DNA of 63,348 bases, the filler included, from Octopus bimaculoides (lineage: Eukaryota), in NCBI RefSeq assembly GCF_001194135.2. It is 4 parts of 4 records of this genome, joined end to end, with 100 filler letters (N's around TTAATTAATTAA, not from the genome) between each part and the next. Parts side by side here need not be neighbours in the genome. Positions count along the whole stretch, not along the records: positions 24,569 to 45,519 come from NC_069000.1; positions 45,620 to 55,249 come from NC_068999.1; 2 more parts are not named here. One strand, 5' to 3'. Of this stretch, positions 37,150-48,542 are shown one piece after another. Made by a program: the position numbers and the translations under genes. The notes below the pieces were generated by a model, which saw nothing but the letters and a program-made list of their open reading frames with translations, had not been told where the DNA came from and made no database searches. Each line of letters starts with the position of its first letter. Position 1 is the stretch's first letter.

Positions 37150-38730
37150 AAATGAAATAAGTATTTGATGATTATAGTTTTGAAAGTTCACGTTTTCCAT
37201 AACAAAATTCAGACGGTACTAGTTGTTGGTGTCCTTTCTTTCCATTAAATGAAGTAATCGACGAGATAGCTTTTCTAGTTTTCTTGTATATATTCAAAGA
37301 AAAACTTACCATATTTTTGTAGTTATTTATGGTATATCGTAATCTTTAGGTAACCCATAAATGAATTTGCAAAAGAGCGAGTTGTCTTATTTGTTTCACT
37401 TTTGTCAACATTCGTATTTTTTTATAAAAGTGGTTATCGTATTCTTTGTTATTGTGTCCTTTACGGTGTAAGTTTAACAATATTTTAAAGTTTCTAGTTA
37501 TTTTTTGTTGTTGTTGATTGTAGTGTTCATACTGTGTATTGCCTTCTAATATAGATATTTTTATAGTATAACAAAATTTTTATAGTATTCTGTATCCATC
37601 AGGACGACTGCAGTTCCTTTATCGGTCTCTTTAATTGTTATTTCTATGGTCATTTTTAAAAATGTGCTTATGCTTTCCCTTTCACTCTTGCCGAAATTGA
37701 TTTCGGTTTTTGCTTGTGTGTGTTCATATGGCTAATTTAAAATGTATTCACAGAAATCCGGAACAGTTTCTTACATAATCTTTGCTGGAGTAAAATTACT
37801 GCTGCCTCTTACCACCGATTCGTCATCGTTATTTCTGTCGAATTATAAAGTGTCATCTTTCATTTCATTTAATTAAGTCTTCGAGGTATTAGTGTTAAAT
37901 TGAATCCTTAAAGTAGAGAACACTAATTTGCTGTGCCGTTAATATTTTCCTTGCAAAAATTTATAATTTTCATAACTTTTGGCTTCTCCTGTTTCTTTGG
38001 AACCAACAAGTATCTCTCGTCCCGTGGACAGATTCTAAAAAAACAAAAACCGATGTTACAATTATGTTGGTTGATGCTGTTAATGTATCTCCTATTGCTG
38101 TAGTTCGTCGAGGCGCAATAGCCCAGTGGTTAGGGCAGCGGACTCGCGGTCATATGATCGCGGTTTCGATTCCCAGACCGGGCGTTGTGAGTGTTTATTG
38201 AGCGAAAACACCTAAAGCTCCACGAGGCTCCGGCAGGGTATGGTGGCGAACCCTGCTGTACTCTTCCACCACAACTTTCTCTCACTCTTACTTCCTGTTT
38301 CTGTTGTGCCTGTAATTCAAAGGGTCAGCCTTGTCACACTGTGTCACGCTGAATATCCCCGAGAACTACGTTAAGGGTACACGCGTCTGTGGAGTGCTCA
38401 GCCACTTGCACGTTAATTTCACGAGCAGGCTGTTCCGTTGATCGGATCAACTGGAACCCGCGACGTCGTATGCGACGGAGTGCCAACAAATTGCTGTAGT
38501 TTACAGGGTGTTTCATTTTTTGTTTTTTTTTGACATGTTATCGAAATTCGTTTCGTTGCCGTGTTACGGGGGAAAAATTCGCTGGTTGTTTCTCATTGTG
38601 GAAGGATTGTCGTACTGTCGACTTTGAAGTAGGTCCCTTTCTGAAGGAAGTAGGTTCCTTTCTTGTGAAGTACCGCTGTCTTTTGTCTGAAGAAAATTTA
38701 TAAGCTTGGTGTTGGTCTTTTATCATATCC
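37150..38730 (-). mobile_element. Penelope-like element RT N-terminal remnant, interrupted by SINE C
   Basis: Minus-strand motifs in correct order: KILTAQQISVL / GFNLTLIP, DESVVRGSSNFTP, ITIKETDKGTAVVLMDTEYY (37641-37582, DKG motif), YGLPK (37359-37345). Many frameshifts. Confidence 0.72.
38106..38489 (+). mobile_element. SINE family C, full length (384 bp) with 12-bp TSD
   Basis: Box A TAGCCCAGTGGTTAGG, box B GGTTTCGATTCCC. TSD ATTGCTGTAGTT at 38094-38105 and 38490-38501. Confidence 0.92.
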
Positions 38731-38879
38731 AACGTATGTGCCTGCGTGGTATGTGTGTGTGTGTGTGTATGTGTTTACGTGCGCGCATATGTTTACACGA
38801 TATGTATGCGTATATTTATATCAAGTACATATGTGAACATTTGCGTTTATAAATATATATATGCATATATTTTATTCTT

Positions 38880-39090
38880 TTATTCTTTTCTTTTACTTGT
38901 TTCAGTCATTTGAATGTGGCCATGCTGGAGCACCGCCTTTAGTCGAACAAATCGACACCAGGAATTATTCTTTGTAGGCCTAGTACTTATTTTATCCGTC
39001 TCTATGCCAAACCGTAAAGTTACGGTGTCGTCAACATGCCAACATCGGTTGTCAATCGATGGTGGGGCGGGGGACAAACACAGACACACC
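38880..39090 (-). mobile_element. SINE family A, 3' module
   Basis: Matches the other family A 3' modules. Confidence 0.85.
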
Positions 39091-41361
39091 AATACATACA
39101 CACGTACATACATACATATATGTATATATATATATATATNNNNNNNNNNNNNNNNNNNNNNNNNNNNNNNNNNNNNNNNNNNNNNNNNNNNNNNNNNNNN
39201 NNNNNNNNNNNNNNNNNNNNNNNNNNNNNNNNNNNNNNNNNNNNNNNNNNNNNNNNNNNNNNNNNNNNNNNNNNNNNNNNNNNNNNNNNNNNNNNNNNNN
39301 NNNNNNNNNNNNNNNNNNNNNNNNNNNNNNNNNNNNNNNNNNNNNNNNNNNNNNNNNNNNNNNNNNNNNNNNNNNNNNNNNNNNNNNNNNNNNNNNNNNN
39401 NNNNNNNNNNNNNNNNNNNNNNNNNNNNNNNNNNNNNNNNNNNNNNNNNNNNNNNNNNNNNNNNNNNNNNNNNNNNNNNNNNNNNNNNNNNNNNNNNNNN
39501 NNNNNNNNNNNNNNNNNNNNNNNNNNNNNNNNNNNNNNNNNNNNNNNNNNNNNNNNNNNNNNNNNNNNNNNNNNNNNNNNNNNNNNNNNNNNNNNNNNNN
39601 NNNNNNNNNNNNNNNNNNNNNNNNNNNNNNNNNNNNNNNNNNNNNNNNNNNNNNNNNNNNNNNNNNNNNNNNNNNNNNNNNNNNNNNNNNNNNNNNNNNN
39701 NNNNNNNNNNNNNNNNNNNNNNNNNNNNNNNNNNNNNNNNNNNNNNNNNNNNNNNNNNNNNNNNNNNNNNNNNNNNNNNNNNNNNNNNNNNNNNNNNNNN
39801 NNNNNNNNNNNNNNNNNNNNNNNNNNNNNNNNNNNNNNNNNNNNNNNNNNNNNNNNNNNNNNNNNNNNNNNNNNNNNNNNNNNNNNNNNNNNNNNNNNNN
39901 NNNNNNNNNNNNNNNNNNNNNNNNNNNNNNNNNNNNNNNNNNNNNNNNNNNNNNNNNNNNNNNNNNNNNNNNNNNNNNNNNNNNNNNNNNNNNNNNNNNN
40001 NNNNNNNNNNNNNNNNNNNNNNNNNNNNNNNNNNNNNNNNNNNNNNNNNNNNNNNNNNNNNNNNNNNNNNNNNNNNNNNNNNNNNNNNNNNTATATATAT
40101 ATAAATATATGCGTGTGTATATAATGTATACATATATACCTATATACTTATATGAACATATACTATATATATATTTGTGTTTATATATATTTATATGCGC
40201 ATGCATATATGTATATATATATATATACATATATATGTATGTATGTATGTATATATGATATATATATATGTATGTATGTATTGTAGTAACATGTAATATA
40301 CATGCATTCACACACTAACTGAAACATATACACAAACATACATGTATATAATATCTATCCATACACACACATATATATTTGCAATAACTTTGTATACAAT
40401 ATATATATATATATATATATACACACTATACATCCAACTCTCATTTACATATTTCCATGTATTTAAGGGATGTGTGTGTGTGTGTATACTACACACAGCC
40501 CTGCACACACCCTCGACACGTACAGAAATGAGTAGGTGTGTTGTTTCTTGCTTTGTTGTAATAGGCACTGTCACGTCACCGAAAACTGCTTATTTCGGAT
40601 TCCCTATTATCACATTCTTGCTAAACATATCAGTGAGAGAGAGAGAGAGTGGGGAGAGGATGAGAGAAGAAGAAGAAGTACAAAAACAACAACAACAACA
40701 AAGGTGAAAAAGGGAACCAAAGAAAACGTGTTGGATACTTGACGGAAAAGTAAGAGGACGCCTGCAAAAATCTAGAAGGAAAGAAAAAAGAAGTGAATGC
40801 GCTATAATTTAAATATTTATATATAAAGATTATACTGTTTACATATAGTTATCATCCTATAGGGATGCCAAGAACATTATCAAATGTGCCCTTTCATTTT
40901 TCAGAAAATTGGAGTGTGATTTAAAGATTCAGTTGTTTGTTCTAGCTAGTCCAGTAGCCCTATAGACTTCCGTAATTAGCTTGTCGTCTATGTTTGGTAA
41001 ATACGTGCATTCTAGTCCTGTTTTGTTACATACATACAAACATACATACATGCAAATGCAGATGAATGCACGCATGTGTGTATTTGTGCACGAGTGTCTG
41101 TGTGTGTGTTTCATAATGTACGGATTAAAATCGCAGTAAATTCCTCTTCAACTTCTTTGGACAAAACGTTGTACATGTTTACATGTATGTATGTATGTAT
41201 GGATGTATGTATGTATGCATCCGTCTACCAATTACACTCTTACTGGTCAACTCGGAGCTATACTAGAAGACATTTGTCGAAGATGAGGCGCAGTAGGGTT
41301 GAGCCCCCAGACCAAGTGTTTGTAAAGCGAGGTACTTAATTCCAGAGCTATGCTTGCATGC

Positions 41362-41410
<49 letters not shown>

Positions 41411-41825
41411 ACACACACTGTACGCACACTTACACAGACATCACACACGCGCACCTCTCAGACACACGTTTGTGTGTATAAACATTTATTCATCTGTAAG
41501 AAAACTATGCGTAAGAGACTCTGACATGCATACAAACGTATATGGGAACACGTACACAGGTGCATACGGACAAATACATACACATCTAACATTAGCATGC
41601 ACACACATGATGTATGGCGTGTGTGAATTAAAAAAAAAACAAAAAAAAACACTTGGTTGAGTAAGGGAAAGGAAAATGTACTTTACCGCTATCTAACTGT
41701 ACATTCCGTTGTTGCTGCTGACACAATACGACTTGCTGATATAACGTTACTCTCCATTTATTCACTACAACTTTCTATTATATGTCTGTCTGTCTGTCTC
41801 TTTAGCAGTTTGATTCTTCATCGTT

Positions 41826-41979
41826 GTGGGTGTGCGGTAAGAACTTCTCTTTCCAACCACATGGTTCTGGATTCAGTACCACTACGTGACACCTTAGGCA
41901 AGTGACTTTTATTATAACCTCGGGTCGACCAAAGCCTTGTGCGTGGATTTGGTCGACGAAAACTGAAAGAAGCACGTCG

Positions 41980-42032
<53 letters not shown>

Positions 42033-42042
42033 NNNNNNNNNN

Positions 42043-42112
<70 letters not shown>

Positions 42113-42340
42113 GTGTATATAAATATGTGTGTATCTTTGTGTCAGTGTCACCCATTACCGTTTGACAACCGGTGTTCGTGTATATACGTCCCCGTAACTT
42201 AGCGATTCGGCAAGAGATTCCGATAGATTAAGAACCAGGCTTTAAAAAATAATTTCTGGGGTTGATTTGTTTGACTAAAGCATTTCAAGGCGGTGCTCCA
42301 GCAAGGTTGCAGTAAAAAATGACTGAAAGAATTAAAAGAA
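41826..42340 (+). mobile_element. SINE family A, bipartite copy with internal (TA)/(CA) microsatellite
   Basis: 5' module at 41826-41980, microsatellite with 10-N gap, 3' module at about 42135-42340. Confidence 0.82.
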
Positions 42341-42590
42341 CGTAGTGGTTAAGAGCGCGGGCTACTAACCCCAAGGTTCCGAGTTCGATTCACGGCAGCG
42401 ACCTGATTAGTAATAATAATAATAATATAATAATAATAATAATAATAGTAACATCGATAGGAATGAGAACCCAGGTTCGAAATTTCCCCAAGACACCTGA
42501 CGAAGGCTGGAGGGTATATCAGCCGAAACGTTGTGTTAACAACAAACAAGATGAGGACGAATATCCGTCAAATGTAGATAATGTAAATAA
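42341..42590 (+). mobile_element. SINE family D copy with intact hammerhead core
   Basis: Box A TAGTGGTTAAG, box B GAGTTCGATTC, (TAA)n, HHR motif, AATGTA(G/A)AT tail. Homologous to 17793-18079 and 48240-48522. Confidence 0.87.
42492..42537 (+). ncRNA. Minimal type I hammerhead ribozyme motif
   Basis: GACAC-CTGACGA-A-GGCTG(GAGGGTATAT)CAGCC-GAAACGTT-GTGTT. 5-bp stem I (one G.U), 5-bp stem II, palindromic ACGT stem III, GUU triplet. Confidence 0.75.
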
Positions 42591-43059
42591 TTAAAACTAA
42601 CCTTGTGAACAGTAAGCCAATTTTTTTCTTTATTTTTCCTATTACTTATATATAGACATCGGGCTGTAAATATTATTAGAAACAATGTAAGACTTGGTGT
42701 ATCATCTATGCTTTCAAATTGATCACGTGATATATTCTGAGCTGCTTACGGAGTGTCTTTTCTTAACAGGTCTGTTCTCTCTGAGATAAATTTCTTGTCC
42801 TTCTTTCACGTTTTCGATTCTTGAAAACACGCCTATGCATCTTACAGACTTCAGGTACGTGTATTCATACATACATACATGTGATGTGCGTGTGTATGCT
42901 CATGCACGTATGCGCTTGTTGTGGGTAGGCAGCATTCTTCCTAAGACACTAGATTCCTTTCTTTTGAAATATTGGGATCTCAGAGACCTGAGTGCTAAAG
43001 ATAGTCAGACTTCAACATTTCACTGGGTTTAATTCTCTACGTGATCACGCAGCCATCTT

Positions 43060-43720
43060 CTCCACTGGACTCAAAGCCCGCCATGTTCCTTGGTGGTGGT
43101 AAAAACAGTACACAGTAGTACACCGCAATAGAAGGTGAGAGAGTCAGGTAAGCCGAGATGGCCACAGGAGGTAGGAAACAAGACTAAGGGGTCGCGAAGG
43201 AAGCTGAAACATGCTGAACCCAGGAGGTCTTTGGTGTGATTTGTTAGGGAAGGCTAGGATATGGCAAATACATAACCAAGAAGTAAGTTATACGATTGCT
43301 AGAGGCGAGGAAATGGCTCATAGTGCAGAGAATCTGAGAGGCAATAAATGAAGTTCACCGTATTAAAACTGGTCGGGTTCGTCTGCCAGGGACAGCGGAA
43401 ACAGCAGGTTTAGGCACTTTAGCGACTGCTGGTGTGGAAGAACTCTAGAGCGACATCCTCCTGCACGCTGTAGCTGACCTCTTGTCAACCCAAACAACTT
43501 TAAATCTGGGGTAAAGAAGAGAACTCATTTTGCTTGTAGAGCGGGGTAATTCTTTGCATCCTGAAGCACATTTTAACCGTATGTCTAGGGGCACAGGAAC
43601 AAGAGGAGGAACAGTAAAGTCCTTATCGGACCTGTACAGAGTTAAAGTCAACAAGCCGCAGATATCACTACCTAAACGAACCAGATTGGTAAGAGAATAA
43701 GGATTCTGAAGCAAAAGTTA
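43060..43720 (-). mobile_element. Possible old LINE C-terminal remnant (CR1/Jockey-group-like)
   Basis: GC-richer island. VPPLVPVPLDIRL...ELPRSTSKMSSLLYPR..VW is weakly reminiscent of LINE RT C-termini. Confidence 0.3.
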
Positions 43721-43828
43721 ATGTGGGAAACCTGTTTTCTATTGTGTATCAAGTTTCCTTAATGGTAATATTTTCCTTCTTCATCTCTTCGTACAATGGC
43801 TGTGGGTTAGAAGCAAACCTGTGAATTA

Positions 43829-44130
43829 TACACTCTCATTCAAAAATTTACCTGTGGTTGCAAAATTTATGCTCAGCGCCCTGAATTCGTGTTTTAGCAT
43901 AATTAACATTCCCACAAGAGTTTGGTGTGAAAAGTCACCATAGAGTTTCGTTAATTTATTCATAAGATGTAATTGATGAGGTGTAAACTCATTATTCCTC
44001 TTGCATTTTATTATCGTGGTTAACCATCCAATATGGCGGCACAAATTGTTGATGCGTTTTTCAAGTTTTATTTTCCATCTAGATTGCTTCCGTGTAGTAG
44101 TTTCATTACCATGTATACTGCAGATTTCTC
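43829..44130 (-). mobile_element. R4/Dong-like (RLE) non-LTR retrotransposon ORF fragment
   Basis: [20 protein letters not shown]...KLYG...LKHEFRALS resembles the basic pre-RT region of R4/Dong ORFs. Confidence 0.55.
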
Positions 44131-44241
44131 CTATGTATGTATGTATGTATGTATGTATGTATGTATGTATGTATGTATGCATGTATGTATATATGTATGT
44201 ATACACATGTATATATACATTTATATACACATTCACACACA

Positions 44242-44298
<57 letters not shown>

Positions 44299-44299
<1 letters not shown>

Positions 44300-45110
44300 A
44301 GGGATGGCCAAACCGCGGCTCGCGAGCCACATGTGGCTCTCTGGCCTTTAATATGCAGCTCGTGGAAATATGTTGGCTGAGCTCCTTTCTTCATTGCAGT
44401 TAATATAAAAGGTAAATAAGGAAAATTTCAAGCTTTATAATTATTACCGAGCCACTAATTTGAAACGCCACTATGAAACAAATCACAAAATCTTTTTCTA
44501 TGATTATCCACCTAAATCAGAATTAAGGAAAAACAAGTTAACTGTGTTAAAAGCATCAGTACATAGCCAGCTGACACTGCTGACAACGTTCAGTAAGGAA
44601 GCTGATACAACGACTGAAGCCAGTCATGTTATGTTACGGAATATTGCTCATGCTAAACGCCTATATTCTGATGGCGAATTTGTTAAGAAGAATATAGCTA
44701 AAGTTGTTGCAGTGTTAGATCCAAATAACACAAGACTTCAGCGACTAATAGCCGGTTTCACATACACCGGTTTCACGTCACACTACAGAGAGGTGTATCT
44801 CTCAGAGAAGTGCTGATGTTGCAAGCAAAATGCAAGATGATTTTTAAAATTCTCTTGCATCCTGTTTAGCTCTTGACGAATGAACAGATGTACAAGACAA
44901 TCCATAACTGGCAGTGTCTATTCGTTGTTTCCTCTGATATAACTGAGAAAGATGAGATGTTGGACTTAGTGGCATTAAAAAAACAACAAAAAAACAACTC
45001 GTGGTGTTGACATTAAAAATGCGCTTGACAGAACCTTAACAAATGCTAATGTTCCACTGAATAAACTCGGCAGTGTTGCAACAGATGGAGCACCTGCAAT
45101 GGTGGGGAAA
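44299..45110 (+). mobile_element. hAT (Charlie/SPIN-like, GTF2IRD2-type) transposon, 5' portion, pseudogenised
   Basis: Terminus CAGGGATGGCCAAACCGCGGCTCGCGAGCC. LKRHYETNH...YSDGEFVK...LALDE*TD...SVATDGAPAMVGK, with stops and frameshifts. Confidence 0.88.
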
Positions 45111-45265
45111 TATATATATATATATAGTTTTAGGGAAAATAACCAATTTTCAAGAACTCATCGATGAAAATCCACTATCACATATAGAAAAATTAATAAT
45201 TAAAAGCACAATAAATGAGTATAATATAAAGTAAAGTAAATATCATAAGATAAATATAATAAAAA

Positions 45266-45379
45266 GATTACACGTGTTTCATAACCAATTTTCAAATAGA
45301 AAAGAAATTTAAATCGATTAAAATCAATTGAAATTATCGAAAATAAGTTCTATTCAAAAATATAGCTACTCGTCAGATC
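45266..45379 (-). ncRNA. Type I hammerhead ribozyme motif with extended stem II
   Basis: GAT-CTGACGA-[21-bp stem II, 5 G.U, 1 bulge, AU-rich loop]-GAA-ACACGTGT-A-ATC. Canonical core, GUA triplet, palindromic stem III. Confidence 0.72.
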
Positions 45380-45519
45380 GTAAGTAGAACAATAATTAGA
45401 TATATATCTCAACCAACAATAAGTACCAAATGAATTAATATGAAATACTTATTATATAAAGATAGAAAAATTATTTAAAAAATATCATAATATCAAAATA
45501 ATAACCATTCAATAATCAT

Positions 45520-45619
45520 NNNNNNNNNNNNNNNNNNNNNNNNNNNNNNNNNNNNNNNNNNNNTTAATTAATTAANNNNNNNNNNNNNNNNNNNNNNNNN
45601 NNNNNNNNNNNNNNNNNNN
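45520..45619. other. Artificial 100-bp scaffold join
   Basis: N44-TTAATTAATTAA-N44. Confidence 0.95.
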
Positions 45620-46239
45620 GAACCCGGAACTATATTGTTGGGAAGCAAACTTCTACCATACAGCCACTGCTGCGCTAATACATATACATATACATCTATA
45701 TACATATGCGCGCGCGCGCACATACATACACATATACTCACACAGCACACACAGCTTCACACAAACTCATGCGCATGCACACACACACTACTTGACAGAC
45801 ATCCTTTGGGGAGAAACGGATTAACGTTTGTCACTTTTGATTTTTATAAGAGAATTGTATAAACACTTCGTAGTAAGACAAAAACCATTTTTTTTTTTTT
45901 TTTAAGTTTCAGCTTAGAGCTGCGGCCATGCTGATGCACCACCGTGGCAAGAGATTTTACTTGTTTTTGCGAAAAATCAAACTGTAAGATATTGTAGTTT
46001 TTATATTGTAGATTGTTTTTTGTTTTTTTTTGTTTTTTCGTGTGTATGCGTCTGTGCATGAGTATGTGCGTGTACAATTATATTTGACATGTTCGTGCAC
46101 ACTCGTTCGTGGAAAGACTTTCGTTACGGAAACTAATTCGGGGAAAGCATATCATTGGCTATATATGATGCCATCGGACCGCAGGACTATGTATTTCCGC
46201 GTCGTTACGCTTCATCAGTTATATATGTGTGTGTGTGTC

Positions 46240-46445
46240 TGTCTGTCTGTCCTTCTTGTCTCCCCACCACTTGACGACTAGTGTTAATTTGTTTACTTTC
46301 CTATAACTTAGCGGTGCATGAATAAAGTCAGATAGAATAAGTACCACGCTTTAGTAAAAAAACAAGTACAGGGGACGAATTGTTCGGCTAAACCTTTCAA
46401 AGCGGTGCACTATCATGGCCGCAGTTTGATGACAAACAAGTAAAA
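46240..46445 (+). mobile_element. SINE family A, 3' module (diverged)
   Basis: CCACTTGACGAC...TAACTTAGCGG...GATAGAATAAGTACC...GCGGTGCAC...ATGGCCGCAG. Confidence 0.75.
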
Positions 46446-47185
46446 GATATGTGTGTGCAATTGTGCTTATTTATATGTATATTAATATAAGTATGATACA
46501 TGTGCGTATACAATAAAATTTAATACGTCCGTGCAGTATTAGACTTGGAAAGACTTTCACAACGGAAATTGTCTCGAAAACACCGTACGATACGTGCGTT
46601 TCTACATACTTTTCAGTTCATCTGCTATGGACATTGAATCTTTCATTCATAGCCCTGTAAGAAAGAAACCTTCTTACGTGTATTATTTTCTATTTAAATA
46701 TGAATGGTTGTTTCTTAATGGGCTGGGAACGATGGATTCGGTGTACGTAGCTGAGGAGTGGAACGACACAAAAATGTATGTCTCCTACGAGGCAAAGACG
46801 TCATTCGTAGTCCGGTGATGTTTTTACACGCATTGTCTAAAAAAAGAAATTTTCTCTCGAGACAATTTTCACAGCGAAAGTCTTTTTCCACGTCCGAATG
46901 CAAACGGACGCGTTAAATATTATTGCACATACATATATTTAATAGATGCTACTAATGAACATCATATGCGTGCGTGCGTGCGTGCGTACGTGCGTGTGTG
47001 TGTGTGTGTGTGTGTGTGCGTGCATATCTGCGCTCTTCTTACAGCATTAAAAGTATCTTAACTCTTATTTCTAACAACGTAGGTGCGTCGGCACTTTTAG
47101 TCATACTTAGTGACTATTGAATCTTTCATTTATGGTACCACATTGCGCTTAGCAGTTTGTATTAATTTTATATGTATGAGTGCGT

Positions 47186-47226
<41 letters not shown>

Positions 47227-47380
47227 TGTATACACGTATGTATGTTTTAGTTGTGTGTGAAATGCGGAGAGGCGTGCATTGTGTCTATATATGCGTGCAG
47301 CATATAAAATAAAGCCTAACTCAAATAACGAGCATTTTATACACATTAAATCACATGTCTTTTATGTGTGAATGTGTGTG

Positions 47381-47435
<55 letters not shown>

Positions 47436-48239
47436 NNNNNNNNNNCAATGTGTTTTTTTAGACAGTGAGATGTGACTTGAATGAAATCAGGAAATTTGGT
47501 AGCTATTCCTAGAAGGTCAAGTAACATGTAGAAGCTCCTCTTTTAATAAAAGTCACATGACGTTTCGCTTTTTTCTGTTGTTGTTTGCGTAGTTTTTTAA
47601 TGTTTCTGTCGCAGTTGTTGTTCATGTTTCTGTTGTTTTTTTTAATTTTTTTATGATGACGTTGATGACAATGGCGTTGTTCATGGCGATGGTGTTTCTT
47701 CTAAAATAATTACTTCAGATGAGAAAAAAAAATGTAATTAAACATTAATTTCTCTCTATTTATTTTTATTTTTCCTGTTTTTTTTTTCTTGTATTCAGTC
47801 TTTTCTTTTCTGACTTCTACTTTCTATCATCATCATCACCATCATCATCGACGTCGTCGTCGCCGTCATCGTTGTCGTCATCTTCTTCTTCTTTTTCTTC
47901 TTCTTCTTCTTTTCTTCCTCTGCTGCTATTGCTGCATCTACTGTTGTTGCTACTGACTGTTATCTTCTCAGCATTAACTCTTTCCTTATTTTTCATATAC
48001 ATTTATTTATTTGTTATCTCGAGTCGCCTATTTGCAATCTACACCACCTGCCAATAGAATAACATGTTTTCCTGCACATTATATCATCATCATCATCATT
48101 ATTTTTAAACTGCATGTTTGTTACAATCACTCGCCGAGACACACCAAGCGTCCTAGGGCGAGTGAAGAATAAGAGATGTTACAGTATGACTGAAAGCTTG
48201 AGGAGGTGAAGTGGCAGGGGCAGTAGCAAAATATCTTCT

Positions 48240-48394
48240 TGTACATTATTTACATTATTTACATTCGACAGATATTTGTCCTCATCTTGTTTGTTGTTAG
48301 CACAACGATACGGTTGATATACCCTCTAGCCTTTGTCAGGTGTTTTGGGGAAATTTCGAACCTCGGTTCTCATTCCTAAGGTATTTTTTCGATG

Positions 48395-48454
<60 letters not shown>

Positions 48455-48522
48455 TCACTGCCTGGAATCGAACTCGGAATCTTGGGATTAGTAGCCCGCG
48501 CTCTTAAGCACTACTCCATATG
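48240..48522 (-). mobile_element. SINE family D copy with mutated HHR core
   Basis: Same layout as the 42341 copy, but the core reads CTGACAA...GTATCGTT. Confidence 0.85.
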
Positions 48523-48542
48523 TACCTGATGAAGACTGGAAA

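Noticed and set aside
38112-38185. tRNA gene
   Set aside because: It is the head of a TSD-flanked SINE; the acceptor and anticodon stems do not pair properly.
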